Below are positions 37,303 through 45,993 of a stretch of 64,000 bases of DNA, piece after piece. The stretch's first letter is position 1, and the number at the start of each line of letters is the position of its first letter. Location: IMG/VR virus record IMGVR_UViG_3300038466_000014; one strand, written 5' to 3'. The notes under the pieces are model-generated. The model worked only from the letters and a program-made list of their open reading frames with translations. It had not been told where the DNA came from and did no database searches. The position numbers were made by a program, and so were the translations under genes. The DNA is from a virus.

Positions 37303-38213
37303 CAGGTTATCCCCATTTTATTAAGAATAGTCACCGCATGCGAAAAATGTCGGGTAGAGATGCCGTCACTTAACATAAAACATTTATATCCCATACGTTT
37401 CATGAGTTCTATATCAGACAAATCGGAAACAGAGGGGGTCTCTCCGGAATCAAGACTCGTCAACAACCTTGAGGCTACCATAGCATCAGGATCTGTCATG
37501 ACTATAAGTTGAAGATACGACAGAAAGGCATGATATTTATCGAGTGAATTAATAAATAGATCATCCCGTGCAGCCATTAAACAACAATTGGAGTAACGTA
37601 ATAAATATTCACTAATGGTACTGACAAAATCCAACCCCAATTTTGATTCTATTTTCAGTATTAAATTGGATTCGGGCGACAATTGTTTGACTTTTAAAAC
37701 ATCTTCCCATTTTTCAACAAATGATAACATAAAATTCTTTATATTCAGCTTATTACATGCATTAATATATTCTATATCAGAATCAGTCAAATATCCTTCT
37801 ATCTGTAAATTGTTTCCTATAATATTGACCGCCTGCCCTTCTCCTAAAGCAAATGGCGGGTCCGGAGTAACAAAGATACGATTACCATCTACTATATTTG
37901 TAATTGTACAGGAAGGCGCATCTCCCCTAAAATAAATTTTAGCTGGTAAATCAACTTTAATATTATGGTTTAAAACAATGTCTCCATATGTCGGTACTGC
38001 CCATTTAGTAATCCTTAATTGTCTACCCTTTAAATCAATATATAATAATTTGTGGTTTTTTACGCATAAATCATTAATAATCTCAATCGTAGAGGATGGA
38101 GAATACGGGGATTTACATGCCGTATTATATCTAACGACCCCGATTCTATCATCTTGTAGCATGTTTAGTAAAACATCTTTATGATGTATAGGCGGAAGTG
38201 TTGTTAGAATCAT
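37302..38213 (-). CDS. Divergent pyruvate-kinase-like protein (barrel and B domain only)
   Basis: VRYN, IDLKGRQLRI, LKIES, MAARDDL and FMLSD correspond to PK motifs. Confidence 0.75.
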   Translation of the reverse strand: MILTTLPPIHHKDVLLNMLQDDRIGVVRYNTACKSPYSPSSTIEIINDLCVKNHKLLYIDLKGRQLRITKWAVPTYGDIVLNHNIKVDLPAKIYFRGDAPSCTITNIVDGNRIFVTPDPPFALGEGQAVNIIGNNLQIEGYLTDSDIEYINACNKLNIKNFMLSFVEKWEDVLKVKQLSPESNLILKIESKLGLDFVSTISEYLLRYSNCCLMAARDDLFINSLDKYHAFLSYLQLIVMTDPDAMVASRLLTSLDSGETPSVSDLSDIELMKRMGYKCFMLSDGISTRHFSHAVTILNKMGIT

Positions 38214-39175
38214 AACTTCCGCATGGAGCTATTACGATTTATTTTGCTGGATTTTTCGGGTAGTGTTCCCATGTCTACAATCGTGGTCAAAGCCGTAGTA
38301 TAATTCTGGAGCGATGATTTAACACTGCTAATCCGTTCATCGTTCTGCCCTCTAACAACAAGATCTTGTGTGTACTTGTCGAGATCTCTCGTTTTTGTCG
38401 TCATCGCAATAATTCCAAGCATAACATCGATAATCGATTTCTCCTGTTTGAGGCGGATAATCCTCTCTTCCGGAATATATTTTCTCCATTCATCAATAAT
38501 CCAAGGAACCCAATCACCGCCGCAATACTTATTCAGAAGGACAAAGACATTACCATGAAATTTCTTATCAAGCTGTTTAAACACTTTTGAGGATAGAATA
38601 TCGACATTAGTATCTTCATCAAACACTTTTTTGATATTTCTCCGGAATATATCTGCATATGGGGCTTCATCGGCGATAAAGAAAAAGAACGGCACTATGG
38701 CTTTATCGATGTTGCATTTATTATTGTAGTAATACGCAGCCAACTCATAAGTTTCATGCAGTTGTCCACCACCACCGCCTTCCAGATAGATTTTCTTAAT
38801 CCAATTATCGAGTTCAATTCCATAAGCAAAATCACCGATTTGCAGTGGGGCCGAATCACAATATGCGTCACCACACGCGGAAAACGAAATTTCGAATTCG
38901 TTTGCCGGAAGATATCCTTGTTGCTCGATTTGTCCGTGCATCATCGGAGCTTTGTCATAACAAACCTTGGCGAGATTTGTATTCGAGCCAGTAACATCCA
39001 ACATTACAACAATTGGATACTTAACGTTCGACGAAACTGTTTTTTTAGGTGTCATGTATACTGACATATCATCAGCATTCATTTCCTGAGTCGCCGTGTT
39101 CGATGTCATCCCAGAACCAAAAGCAGCCGATGACGTGCTTCCATATACAGGTCTTGCGTATGTACTACCACCCAT
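38210..39175 (-). CDS. vWA-domain protein
   Basis: MLDVTGS MIDAS, GDAYCDSAPLQIGDF, EGGGGGQLHETYELA and FFIADE. Confidence 0.8.
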   Translation of the reverse strand: MGGSTYARPVYGSTSSAAFGSGMTSNTATQEMNADDMSVYMTPKKTVSSNVKYPIVVMLDVTGSNTNLAKVCYDKAPMMHGQIEQQGYLPANEFEISFSACGDAYCDSAPLQIGDFAYGIELDNWIKKIYLEGGGGGQLHETYELAAYYYNNKCNIDKAIVPFFFFIADEAPYADIFRRNIKKVFDEDTNVDILSSKVFKQLDKKFHGNVFVLLNKYCGGDWVPWIIDEWRKYIPEERIIRLKQEKSIIDVMLGIIAMTTKTRDLDKYTQDLVVRGQNDERISSVKSSLQNYTTALTTIVDMGTLPEKSSKINRNSSMRKL

Positions 39176-39189
39176 GGTGTCCCTCGGTG

Positions 39190-39604
39190 TTATTTTAGTT
39201 TGTCAAAATGATGTGTAAACCGCTCGAACCCAAAATGTTTTGTTCTCATCTCATCTGTCTGAATAAAAACATTATGAATTAAAAAATTACAAAGTACATG
39301 TCTATGGCAAAAATCTCCAGATTTTTCATAACATAACAATATACTACCATTTTGAATAGATTTTACGATGTTTGCCGCCGATAATGGTAAACATTTTATA
39401 TACTCAATAGAATACTCTTCTTCGGATATAATCTTGTTTTTATATCTGTAGGACAATTCTTTTTTTTGGGGCAAGATCTATTCGCCGGTGAACTCCCTGA
39501 AAATCAGGAGGTATAGCACCACTTATACAAATCAGCTTTGATCTGAAATCTGCGTTAGATATATGGGGACGGACCATTGAATAGTATGAGGTGTATATAA
39601 ACAT
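39190..39604 (-). pseudogene. DUF488-like gene with +1 frameshift in an A8 run
   Basis: MFIYTSYY...ICIS...DLAPKK continues into ELSYRYK...LLCYEKSGDFCHRH only if the A8 run at 39460-39467 is read as A7. Confidence 0.7.
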
Positions 39605-39741
39605 AGGATATTATTCCTTTTTTGTCAGATTGGTTAACTATTTAATTTTCCTACTCCGGCAGTAAAGATAACATTTCTCTAACGGTTAATAGTATATACT
39701 TATTATCATCTGTTTCGTACATGCCGATTTGAGTATTTTTA

Positions 39742-39833
39742 TGGAGGAGGGTGTGGGATTCGAACCCACGGAGGCTTTTTACACCCCAACGGTTTTCAAG
39801 ACCGTAGCATTTCATCCGCTCTGCCAACCCTCC
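39742..39833 (-). tRNA. tRNA-Ser(UGA)
   Basis: ACGGT-CT-TGA-AA-ACCGT; long variable arm; CCA. Confidence 0.93.
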
Positions 39834-39893
39834 ATTAAACCCGGAGAGAGATTAAATCCTCTCCCTGGGGTTGCGTCAACTAAGTCCTTCTTG

Positions 39894-39974
39894 TTACTGC
39901 TGATTCGGCCCCGGCTGACCGCCGCCGAAGTTCCCGAACATCCCCTGTCCACCGCCAATCATCATCGTCATCAT
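39894..39974 (-). CDS. Candidate 26-aa Gly/Gln/Met-rich peptide
   Basis: MMTMMIGGGQGMFGNFGGGQPGPNQQ*; AAAGGG upstream and a hairpin downstream. Confidence 0.3.
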   Translation of the reverse strand: MMTMMIGGGQGMFGNFGGGQPGPNQQ

Positions 39975-40014
39975 CGTTACAAATACCCTTTCTAAGAGGG
40001 TTTCCTATATATTA

Positions 40015-40089
40015 TGGCTCCCGGAGCAGGACTTGAACCTGCAACCTATTGATTAACAATCAAACGCTCTGCCATTGAGCTATCCGGGA
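40015..40089 (-). tRNA. tRNA-Asn(GUU)
   Basis: TTGA-TT-GTT-AA-TCAA; CCA. Confidence 0.92.
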
Positions 40090-40123
40090 GTAAATTATTA
40101 CTCAAAAATATATTATACCATTT

Positions 40124-40198
40124 TGGCAGGAGGGGGAGGATTCGAACCTCCAAATACCGGCTCCAAAGACCGGTGTCTTACCATTTGACGACCCCCCT
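40124..40198 (-). tRNA. tRNA-Gln(UUG)
   Basis: CCGGT-CT-TTG-GA-GCCGG; CCA. Confidence 0.92.
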
Positions 40199-40319
40199 GT
40201 AGGGGAATCGAACCCCTTAAAATACGACCCCAGATTTATATTCAAATTCATCATATACGTGACCTTTCAATAAACCCTACAGAATTATATAAAGATAGTT
40301 TACCTTCGTATATCTTGGT

Positions 40320-40604
40320 TTAGACTTTCGCGGATGCCGCCTCTTCAATACGATCCAAACACTCCCGCATTTCCCGGATTGCGTCATCGAGTCTTGGATC
40401 CTGACACGGTTCCTTGTCCTGTTTACGGGCAAGGAAGTAGTCGTTGATGGCTGTCATTATGTTCATGCTTTCCCACTTCAATAGCCCGACATTGGCAGCC
40501 AATATTTTATACCTATCAATCACAACTCCCATTTCCGGAGAAATCTGTCCGACCTTCGAGGTCGCAATCCAGCGAGTATTTTCATCCTCCCTACGATTCG
40601 CCAT
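40320..40604 (-). CDS. hypothetical protein
   Basis: GAAGGA SD; GC-rich codons. Confidence 0.65.
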   Translation of the reverse strand: MANRREDENTRWIATSKVGQISPEMGVVIDRYKILAANVGLLKWESMNIMTAINDYFLARKQDKEPCQDPRLDDAIREMRECLDRIEEAASAKV

Positions 40605-40630
40605 TTAAAACGTCCTTCTTAGAATTAAGT

Positions 40631-40844
40631 TGGTGTGGGCGGCGGGATTCGAACCCGCGAAAACACCATCCGCCGACTTGTCGAGCGGATCGGCATATCC
40701 TTGGAAATGGGCTTCCCTACATGACGTATATCATGACCCGGTGCCATTCGCAACCTTGTGGATAGCCGTCTTTGTGGTGTTTGGCATTTTCATACCTCTC
40801 CCCCTCATTTTGGGGTGCCTTTACCTTTCCTTGGCCACGCCCAC
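40631..40844 (-). ncRNA. 214-nt tRNA-scaffolded structured RNA (tRNA/tmRNA-like, identity unknown)
   Basis: Perfect acceptor GTGGGCG/CGCCCAC plus ACCA, D-arm GCC...GGC and T-arm GCGGG-TTCGAAT-CCCGC, enclosing about 150 nt of nested helices. Confidence 0.75.
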
Positions 40845-40919
40845 ATTGCGTGTTTTGGTAAACCGATTCCCCCCTTATTACTAAAACAGTTACACGGATA
40901 ATAATCATCCATGTCTTAA

Positions 40920-40941
40920 TATTTAATATATATATAATAAA
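40920..40941 (-). promoter_or_regulatory. Conserved motif, copy 5 (extra TA)
   Basis: tatttaatatatatataataaa, about 75 bp upstream of the 214-nt RNA. Confidence 0.55.
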
Positions 40942-41098
40942 AGTAATAATTATTTATCTTTCAATTGACTGTATTGTAACATCTCTGAACTGAAGAGGAT
41001 ATCGTCTTCGATTATTTTAAAATGCTCCCACTCTTCTGGAAGCGCATTATATCGTTCCAGTATACTCCTTGTAAATTCCAATATTTCTTGAATTGGGT

Positions 41099-41341
41099 TC
41101 ATTTTATCCTCTGTACCTCGACAAATATCTCCCCACCAGGAGAAACATATTCATCCGCGCCTTCCACATCTTTCCATACTTTTAATACATCGTTAATTTC
41201 CATTTGAATCGATGGAAATCTCGATTTATCCATGTCTGTGGAATATTCGGTAATATTTTTGGATTTTTTACATCTATAGTATTTTCTATTGAATTCGAAT
41301 ATATATAAAAAACTACCTTTTCCTTCCAATACAACAGCCAT
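41099..41341 (-). CDS. hypothetical protein
   Basis: Minus-strand ORF in a coupled train. Confidence 0.6.
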   Translation of the reverse strand: MAVVLEGKGSFLYIFEFNRKYYRCKKSKNITEYSTDMDKSRFPSIQMEINDVLKVWKDVEGADEYVSPGGEIFVEVQRIK

Positions 41342-41342
41342 A

Positions 41343-41732
41343 TTATAAAGTCTCCAGATATTTTTTTACTTCGTTATTATCGATCTGCCCGGCAAATTTG
41401 ATGCCCACATCTTTCATCATCATCATTTTATTTTTATAACTGGATATATCCAAAGAATTAATAAATTCAATCACTTCTGAGAAGTCGACTTTTTTAGGCA
41501 ATAGATCGTCAATCATCTTAGTTAAATCAGACTCTTCCATGTTCATATATTTCAACCGCTCAATCTCGTTTTTACGCAATACTTTCAATATCTTAATTTC
41601 CATATCGGTCGTAGTGTTTTTATCGGGACTTCTTTCAATTTCTCCAATCATAACTTTCAGAACATTTCTTTTTTCGTAATCATGATAATATTCTTTCAGC
41701 ATATTTTTAAGTTTTGTTTTTACTTCCCCCAA
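41343..41732 (-). CDS. GatB/YqeY-domain protein
   Basis: LKVMIGEIER...KNE...DLLPKKVD...GQIDNNEVKKYL pattern. Confidence 0.7.
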   Translation of the reverse strand: MGEVKTKLKNMLKEYYHDYEKRNVLKVMIGEIERSPDKNTTTDMEIKILKVLRKNEIERLKYMNMEESDLTKMIDDLLPKKVDFSEVIEFINSLDISSYKNKMMMMKDVGIKFAGQIDNNEVKKYLETL

Positions 41733-41798
41733 AATGGATTTTCCCTCTATATTTACGATGTTTAATGTGTGACTATTTAATCACTTGCTTTTAATAAA

Positions 41799-43451
41799 TC
41801 ATTCAATAGAAATAGTTTTACTGTCTTTGCTTGGTGTTCTTAGATACTTATCCAACATTTCATAATCTGTGAACTCATATTGATTCGGAGAAAAAGACGA
41901 CGCCCCGATTTTATTTGATACTAAATCAATATATTTGGAATATATTCCTTCATCTGAATAATATGACTGAGCATCTACCCCAAACTTATCTAATAATTCC
42001 TTCCCAAGTAAATTAACCATAGCTGTATCTACACTAATCCCTTTGCTCTTATTAAGCTCTAAAAAATATTCCTTATCCAATCTATATCTATCACAGTGTT
42101 TACCACGCCCACAATTCTTAAATCCAAGATATAATATGTTTATATACATGGAAGAGCATACTCCGATTATATACGCCAAATCATTTATATCAAACAATTC
42201 GGGTATAATATGTATTTTTATATCATTATGTTTTTTATTAATTTTATTGTCTCTATAAGCATCGCAGAAATTTTTAAATTCTTCTATCGTCGATATCGAT
42301 ATACCAATACCGTCAATACATTTGAAATTATCCATATCATTGAAAATACGCTGATAATTTTTTGTGCTTAGGCCAAGAGACATACCTTTATCTTTTATGT
42401 ATCTGATTATACTTAAGATATTTGGATGTTCAAGCGGATCTCCGCCTCCAGGCGCAATCTCCAACACACCTTTGTTATATAAATAATCAACCATTTTGAA
42501 AATATGTTCAGTATCGGCATGTTTTCCGTCGGAATGGGAGCTTTGATAACAAAAATCGCAATTATAATCACACCGATCTGTTATTTTCAAATCAATCAAC
42601 TCCGGATAATAATTTTCCGGAATCATATATGAGAATGTTTTGTCGCGGTATCTTTTTGGGGGTGTATTAATATAGTTAGAGTTTTCGGAAAAATCGAATC
42701 GTAGCTTGGTTCCTTCATTTTTATGAAACAGTACATACATATTATCTTTTTTAACCGATACCCAATCGGAGTCCGACAATATCTTTCGCAATCTGTCATA
42801 CGGAAATTGGGTATTAAATCTCGCACTATTTATACTTTCATCGCTTCCACCAGTAATAATATAATTATCATTATTTAAAACAGTTTTTATAAAATCACGT
42901 GCAAAATCATAATCTATTTCCTCTCCATTTTCATCTACAGGATATTTTTTCGGAAAAATTATAACTGATTGGTGATCTACATACGGATAAAACTCATATT
43001 CTATCGTCTCATCGATATTCATTTTCTCAATAAACTCATCAATAACTTCCGGAACAAAATCCAAACCATTTTCTCTTATTTTTGTGATTACAGAATACAT
43101 ATATTTCCGAATCGCTTTAGAATGTGTCATACTATCTTTAGTATAGTACATAAACCCAATCATATCGCAGAATAATTGTGTAAATAAATATCTATACTTC
43201 TCTTTCTTAGACACACATACGAAATGATCGTGTCCGTAGGCAAACTTGTAATTAACAACATCAACAATTTCTATCATATTATTGTCGACCGTTTTTACAC
43301 ATTCCGGATTAAATTGAAACATATTCTCCAGGTCGTGTTGATCTCCATTAATATCACTTTTGGTATATACCCAGATAAACGAGTGCAAAGAGGAAGAGTT
43401 TGTGGCAAACCCTTCTCTGATTGAAAGGAGTCTAAACATTCGCGTTTCCAT
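41799..43451 (-). CDS. Radical SAM protein with N-terminal TNSSS domain
   Basis: REGFATNSSSLHS; PELIDLKITDRCDYNCDFCY (CxxxCxxC); GGGDP. Confidence 0.88.
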   Translation of the reverse strand: METRMFRLLSIREGFATNSSSLHSFIWVYTKSDINGDQHDLENMFQFNPECVKTVDNNMIEIVDVVNYKFAYGHDHFVCVSKKEKYRYLFTQLFCDMIGFMYYTKDSMTHSKAIRKYMYSVITKIRENGLDFVPEVIDEFIEKMNIDETIEYEFYPYVDHQSVIIFPKKYPVDENGEEIDYDFARDFIKTVLNNDNYIITGGSDESINSARFNTQFPYDRLRKILSDSDWVSVKKDNMYVLFHKNEGTKLRFDFSENSNYINTPPKRYRDKTFSYMIPENYYPELIDLKITDRCDYNCDFCYQSSHSDGKHADTEHIFKMVDYLYNKGVLEIAPGGGDPLEHPNILSIIRYIKDKGMSLGLSTKNYQRIFNDMDNFKCIDGIGISISTIEEFKNFCDAYRDNKINKKHNDIKIHIIPELFDINDLAYIIGVCSSMYINILYLGFKNCGRGKHCDRYRLDKEYFLELNKSKGISVDTAMVNLLGKELLDKFGVDAQSYYSDEGIYSKYIDLVSNKIGASSFSPNQYEFTDYEMLDKYLRTPSKDSKTISIE

Positions 43452-43458
43452 TTAAAAA

Positions 43459-44214
43459 TTAATGAAGAACAATATCCAGACTATCCTCTATTCTTGCATA
43501 CCGTAACGCATAAATTAAATGATTATTAAATTCCATAACAAATTGGTCTAAATTGGAATTAATCGGTTTATTACAGATTTCACAAAAAGATTCGTATACA
43601 CTATCGAAGCCGGATAAAAAACGATCATCGATATGAAACACTTTATCCGGAATACTGTCCACTTTAAAACTCAAATGTGAATTATACTCATCTACAATGT
43701 ATAAAAAAACAATCCTATCCGAGCACATATTATTATAATATGATTGTATTTCATCTATAATAATATGTTTGTTAACTGGACGTTTAACCTCTTTATGCGC
43801 ATGAAAATACATTTTTATACTATCAACACAATCATATAATTTAAAAAGTATTGTCGTATAATTATGCATTAACCACATATATAATAGTACGCCAGGATAT
43901 ATCAATACAAATACCCAACACGATACGAACCCATTATTAAATCCGGCAGTATAAAATACTCGTTTGATATTCCCGAAACCCGGAGAATATATAAGATGTA
44001 AATACGTCAATATACCCCAAATAAAATATACACTATTGAAATACTCGTAAATGAATGGTGTCATGGTGTCCTTGATTATAAAACACCTACATGTTTTTTC
44101 GATATACCCAATACTGATTAACATTAAATCCACATATAGGTTCTCTGCCTTTATGTGGTAAAACACGACTTGCCAATCTAATATTATATGTAATATTACC
44201 ATTATCCAAAACAT
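43459..44214 (-). CDS. hypothetical membrane protein
   Basis: Several hydrophobic segments. Confidence 0.6.
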   Translation of the reverse strand: MFWIMVILHIILDWQVVFYHIKAENLYVDLMLISIGYIEKTCRCFIIKDTMTPFIYEYFNSVYFIWGILTYLHLIYSPGFGNIKRVFYTAGFNNGFVSCWVFVLIYPGVLLYMWLMHNYTTILFKLYDCVDSIKMYFHAHKEVKRPVNKHIIIDEIQSYYNNMCSDRIVFLYIVDEYNSHLSFKVDSIPDKVFHIDDRFLSGFDSVYESFCEICNKPINSNLDQFVMEFNNHLIYALRYARIEDSLDIVLH

Positions 44215-44692
44215 AAAAATCAGTATCAGTCACATGAATACACGCGAACATATGACCAGATATAATTACCATCCCAAGATAAGAGGGATCAAACCCGGCC
44301 AGTCTTAACTTTTTCCACACCAACATCGCAAAATCATCACAGTCCCCTTTCATCTTAAGTTCTATCTCTGGAGTAGTAGACCACACCTCTGATTGGTTAT
44401 ATTGTTCTATATCTTTAACGTATGTAAACTGTTGCAAACACTCGTTATGTATTTTTTCGGCTACATCGAGATCATAATAATTTTTCAAATATGGTATAAA
44501 TTTACATCCTGTTTGTTCTCTATACTGCCAATTTTCAATTTGTTCCGCCCATGGTTCTTTTGCCCAAAATCCCAAAATGGCACGTTTGAATTTAATTGGC
44601 GATTTTTTAGACAAAAAATCCCATAAAACAATATCGTACATTTTCTTTAATTTAAGTAAAATTACAGAAAAAATATATTTTACCATTACCAT
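44087..44692 (-). CDS. Transglutaminase-like (BTLCP) cysteine protease
   Basis: KGDCDDFA...GHMFAC...YVLDNG Cys-His-Asp triad; start trimmed to the ATG after AAGGAA. Confidence 0.75.
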   Translation of the reverse strand: MVMVKYIFSVILLKLKKMYDIVLWDFLSKKSPIKFKRAILGFWAKEPWAEQIENWQYREQTGCKFIPYLKNYYDLDVAEKIHNECLQQFTYVKDIEQYNQSEVWSTTPEIELKMKGDCDDFAMLVWKKLRLAGFDPSYLGMVIISGHMFACIHVTDTDFYVLDNGNITYNIRLASRVLPHKGREPICGFNVNQYWVYRKNM

Positions 44693-44771
44693 TAAGATTC
44701 CTTTACTTATAAAATGGGCTTGCGAAATCTCCGTTAATGGAAATCCCACAAGCCCATTTTTATGTTTTTGG

Positions 44772-44972
44772 TTAGATAATCCGTACCGCCGGAATTGGCT
44801 CACGGACCAGACTGATTTCACCAGACACGGTTTCGGAAAAATCGTATCCAAACTTTTGAAACTGTGTAATCAACCGGTTTCGTTCCGAGCATACATCCTT
44901 CATCCTTTGAACCATAAATTCGAATTCACGGTTGAACTTTTCAACCTCATACCGGCTTGGCGCATCACTCAT
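44772..44972 (-). CDS. hypothetical protein
   Basis: Coupled ORF. Confidence 0.55.
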   Translation of the reverse strand: MSDAPSRYEVEKFNREFEFMVQRMKDVCSERNRLITQFQKFGYDFSETVSGEISLVREPIPAVRII

Positions 44973-45358
44973 GGAATTTCTCCTTCCCCCTGCGGGTTTA
45001 AAAGTCTGGACAGTTGATCCTGAACATCATCCCAATTATTTGCAACATTTGAGTCTTTGATCGCGGTGGCCGCTTCCTCCGCTTCTTTTATCTTAATTGA
45101 TTCAACCAGTTTATCACACCGTGATTTAAACTGATGGTGATTTGCCGACAGCTTCATCAATATACCGTTTATGGTTGTTTGAATAGACCTGTCCGGGCAC
45201 GTAATTCTTACATCGACTGTGGTGAGTATAGATATCAGCGTTGACGCACACACCCCCATGCCCCACACGGCATCCATAACAGACAAAATTGTATCATAAT
45301 CATCCGTTTTACCAAAATATTTATGAATCAGATAATCTGTAAATTCATTTTTGTCCAT
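44969..45358 (-). CDS. hypothetical protein
   Basis: Coupled ORF. Confidence 0.6.
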   Translation of the reverse strand: MDKNEFTDYLIHKYFGKTDDYDTILSVMDAVWGMGVCASTLISILTTVDVRITCPDRSIQTTINGILMKLSANHHQFKSRCDKLVESIKIKEAEEAATAIKDSNVANNWDDVQDQLSRLLNPQGEGEIP

Positions 45359-45663
45359 TAACCTATTTCCGGTCCTACAAGAGTTGCTCCCGTATTTCGG
45401 TCTTTAATGATAGGGGTTTTTGTCGTAAACGAGGTAAGATCTGGATCTTCTTTGACCGGGCATTCCGGTTTCTGATAATCCGTTTTGTACCATCCTCGAC
45501 CTTTTAGATGGAACGACGACATCGAAATTATCCGTTTACACTCACTTCCACAACCACACTCGATAATCTCGTTATCCGCATCGCTCGCTTTTACATACAA
45601 CCGGGAATAAATTTTGCCACATCCGGTACATTCGTATTCGTACATAGGCATTAAATACCTCAC
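45358..45663 (-). CDS. FmdB-family zinc-ribbon protein
   Basis: MPMYEYECTGCG...CGCG...SFHLKGRGWYKTDY. Confidence 0.85.
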   Translation of the reverse strand: MRYLMPMYEYECTGCGKIYSRLYVKASDADNEIIECGCGSECKRIISMSSFHLKGRGWYKTDYQKPECPVKEDPDLTSFTTKTPIIKDRNTGATLVGPEIG

Positions 45664-45983
45664 ATTTTATAAAAAAAACGCCCAATGTCCGATCTATATA
45701 TATTAATCATATAGGTTTCAATAGATGCTCCAGATTCTACCCCGAATATAGGTACAGGATTTCGAATTTCCCAGAACGAATTCAGAGTTTCGAACCGGGC
45801 ATAATAAAGTAATTTTATATCGGCATAAACCTCTTCTAAATCCCAATCACAAGATTTTAGTCTGAACAATATAGAAACTCTATTTCTTAAATAATATACA
45901 AATGGGGTCGGGTTATCGTCAAAATTCAACCGTATATATCCGTTTTTAGAGGCGTCAATTTCCTCATTAAGATATACCAACAC
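45660..45983 (-). CDS. hypothetical protein
   Basis: Coupled ORF. Confidence 0.55.
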   Translation of the reverse strand: MLVYLNEEIDASKNGYIRLNFDDNPTPFVYYLRNRVSILFRLKSCDWDLEEVYADIKLLYYARFETLNSFWEIRNPVPIFGVESGASIETYMINIYRSDIGRFFYKM

Positions 45984-45993
45984 ACATTACCTA

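Noticed and set aside
40631-40844. Canonical tmRNA (ssrA)
   Set aside because: It has G3-C70 instead of G3-U70, has a D-stem, is short, and the putative tag does not end in an ALAA-like degron. Kept as an unclassified RNA.
28701-40908. Track ORFs 28701-28883, 32685-32879, 35359-35622, 39729-39995, 40630-40884 and 40717-40908
   Set aside because: They run through tRNA or ncRNA genes and have no protein motifs.
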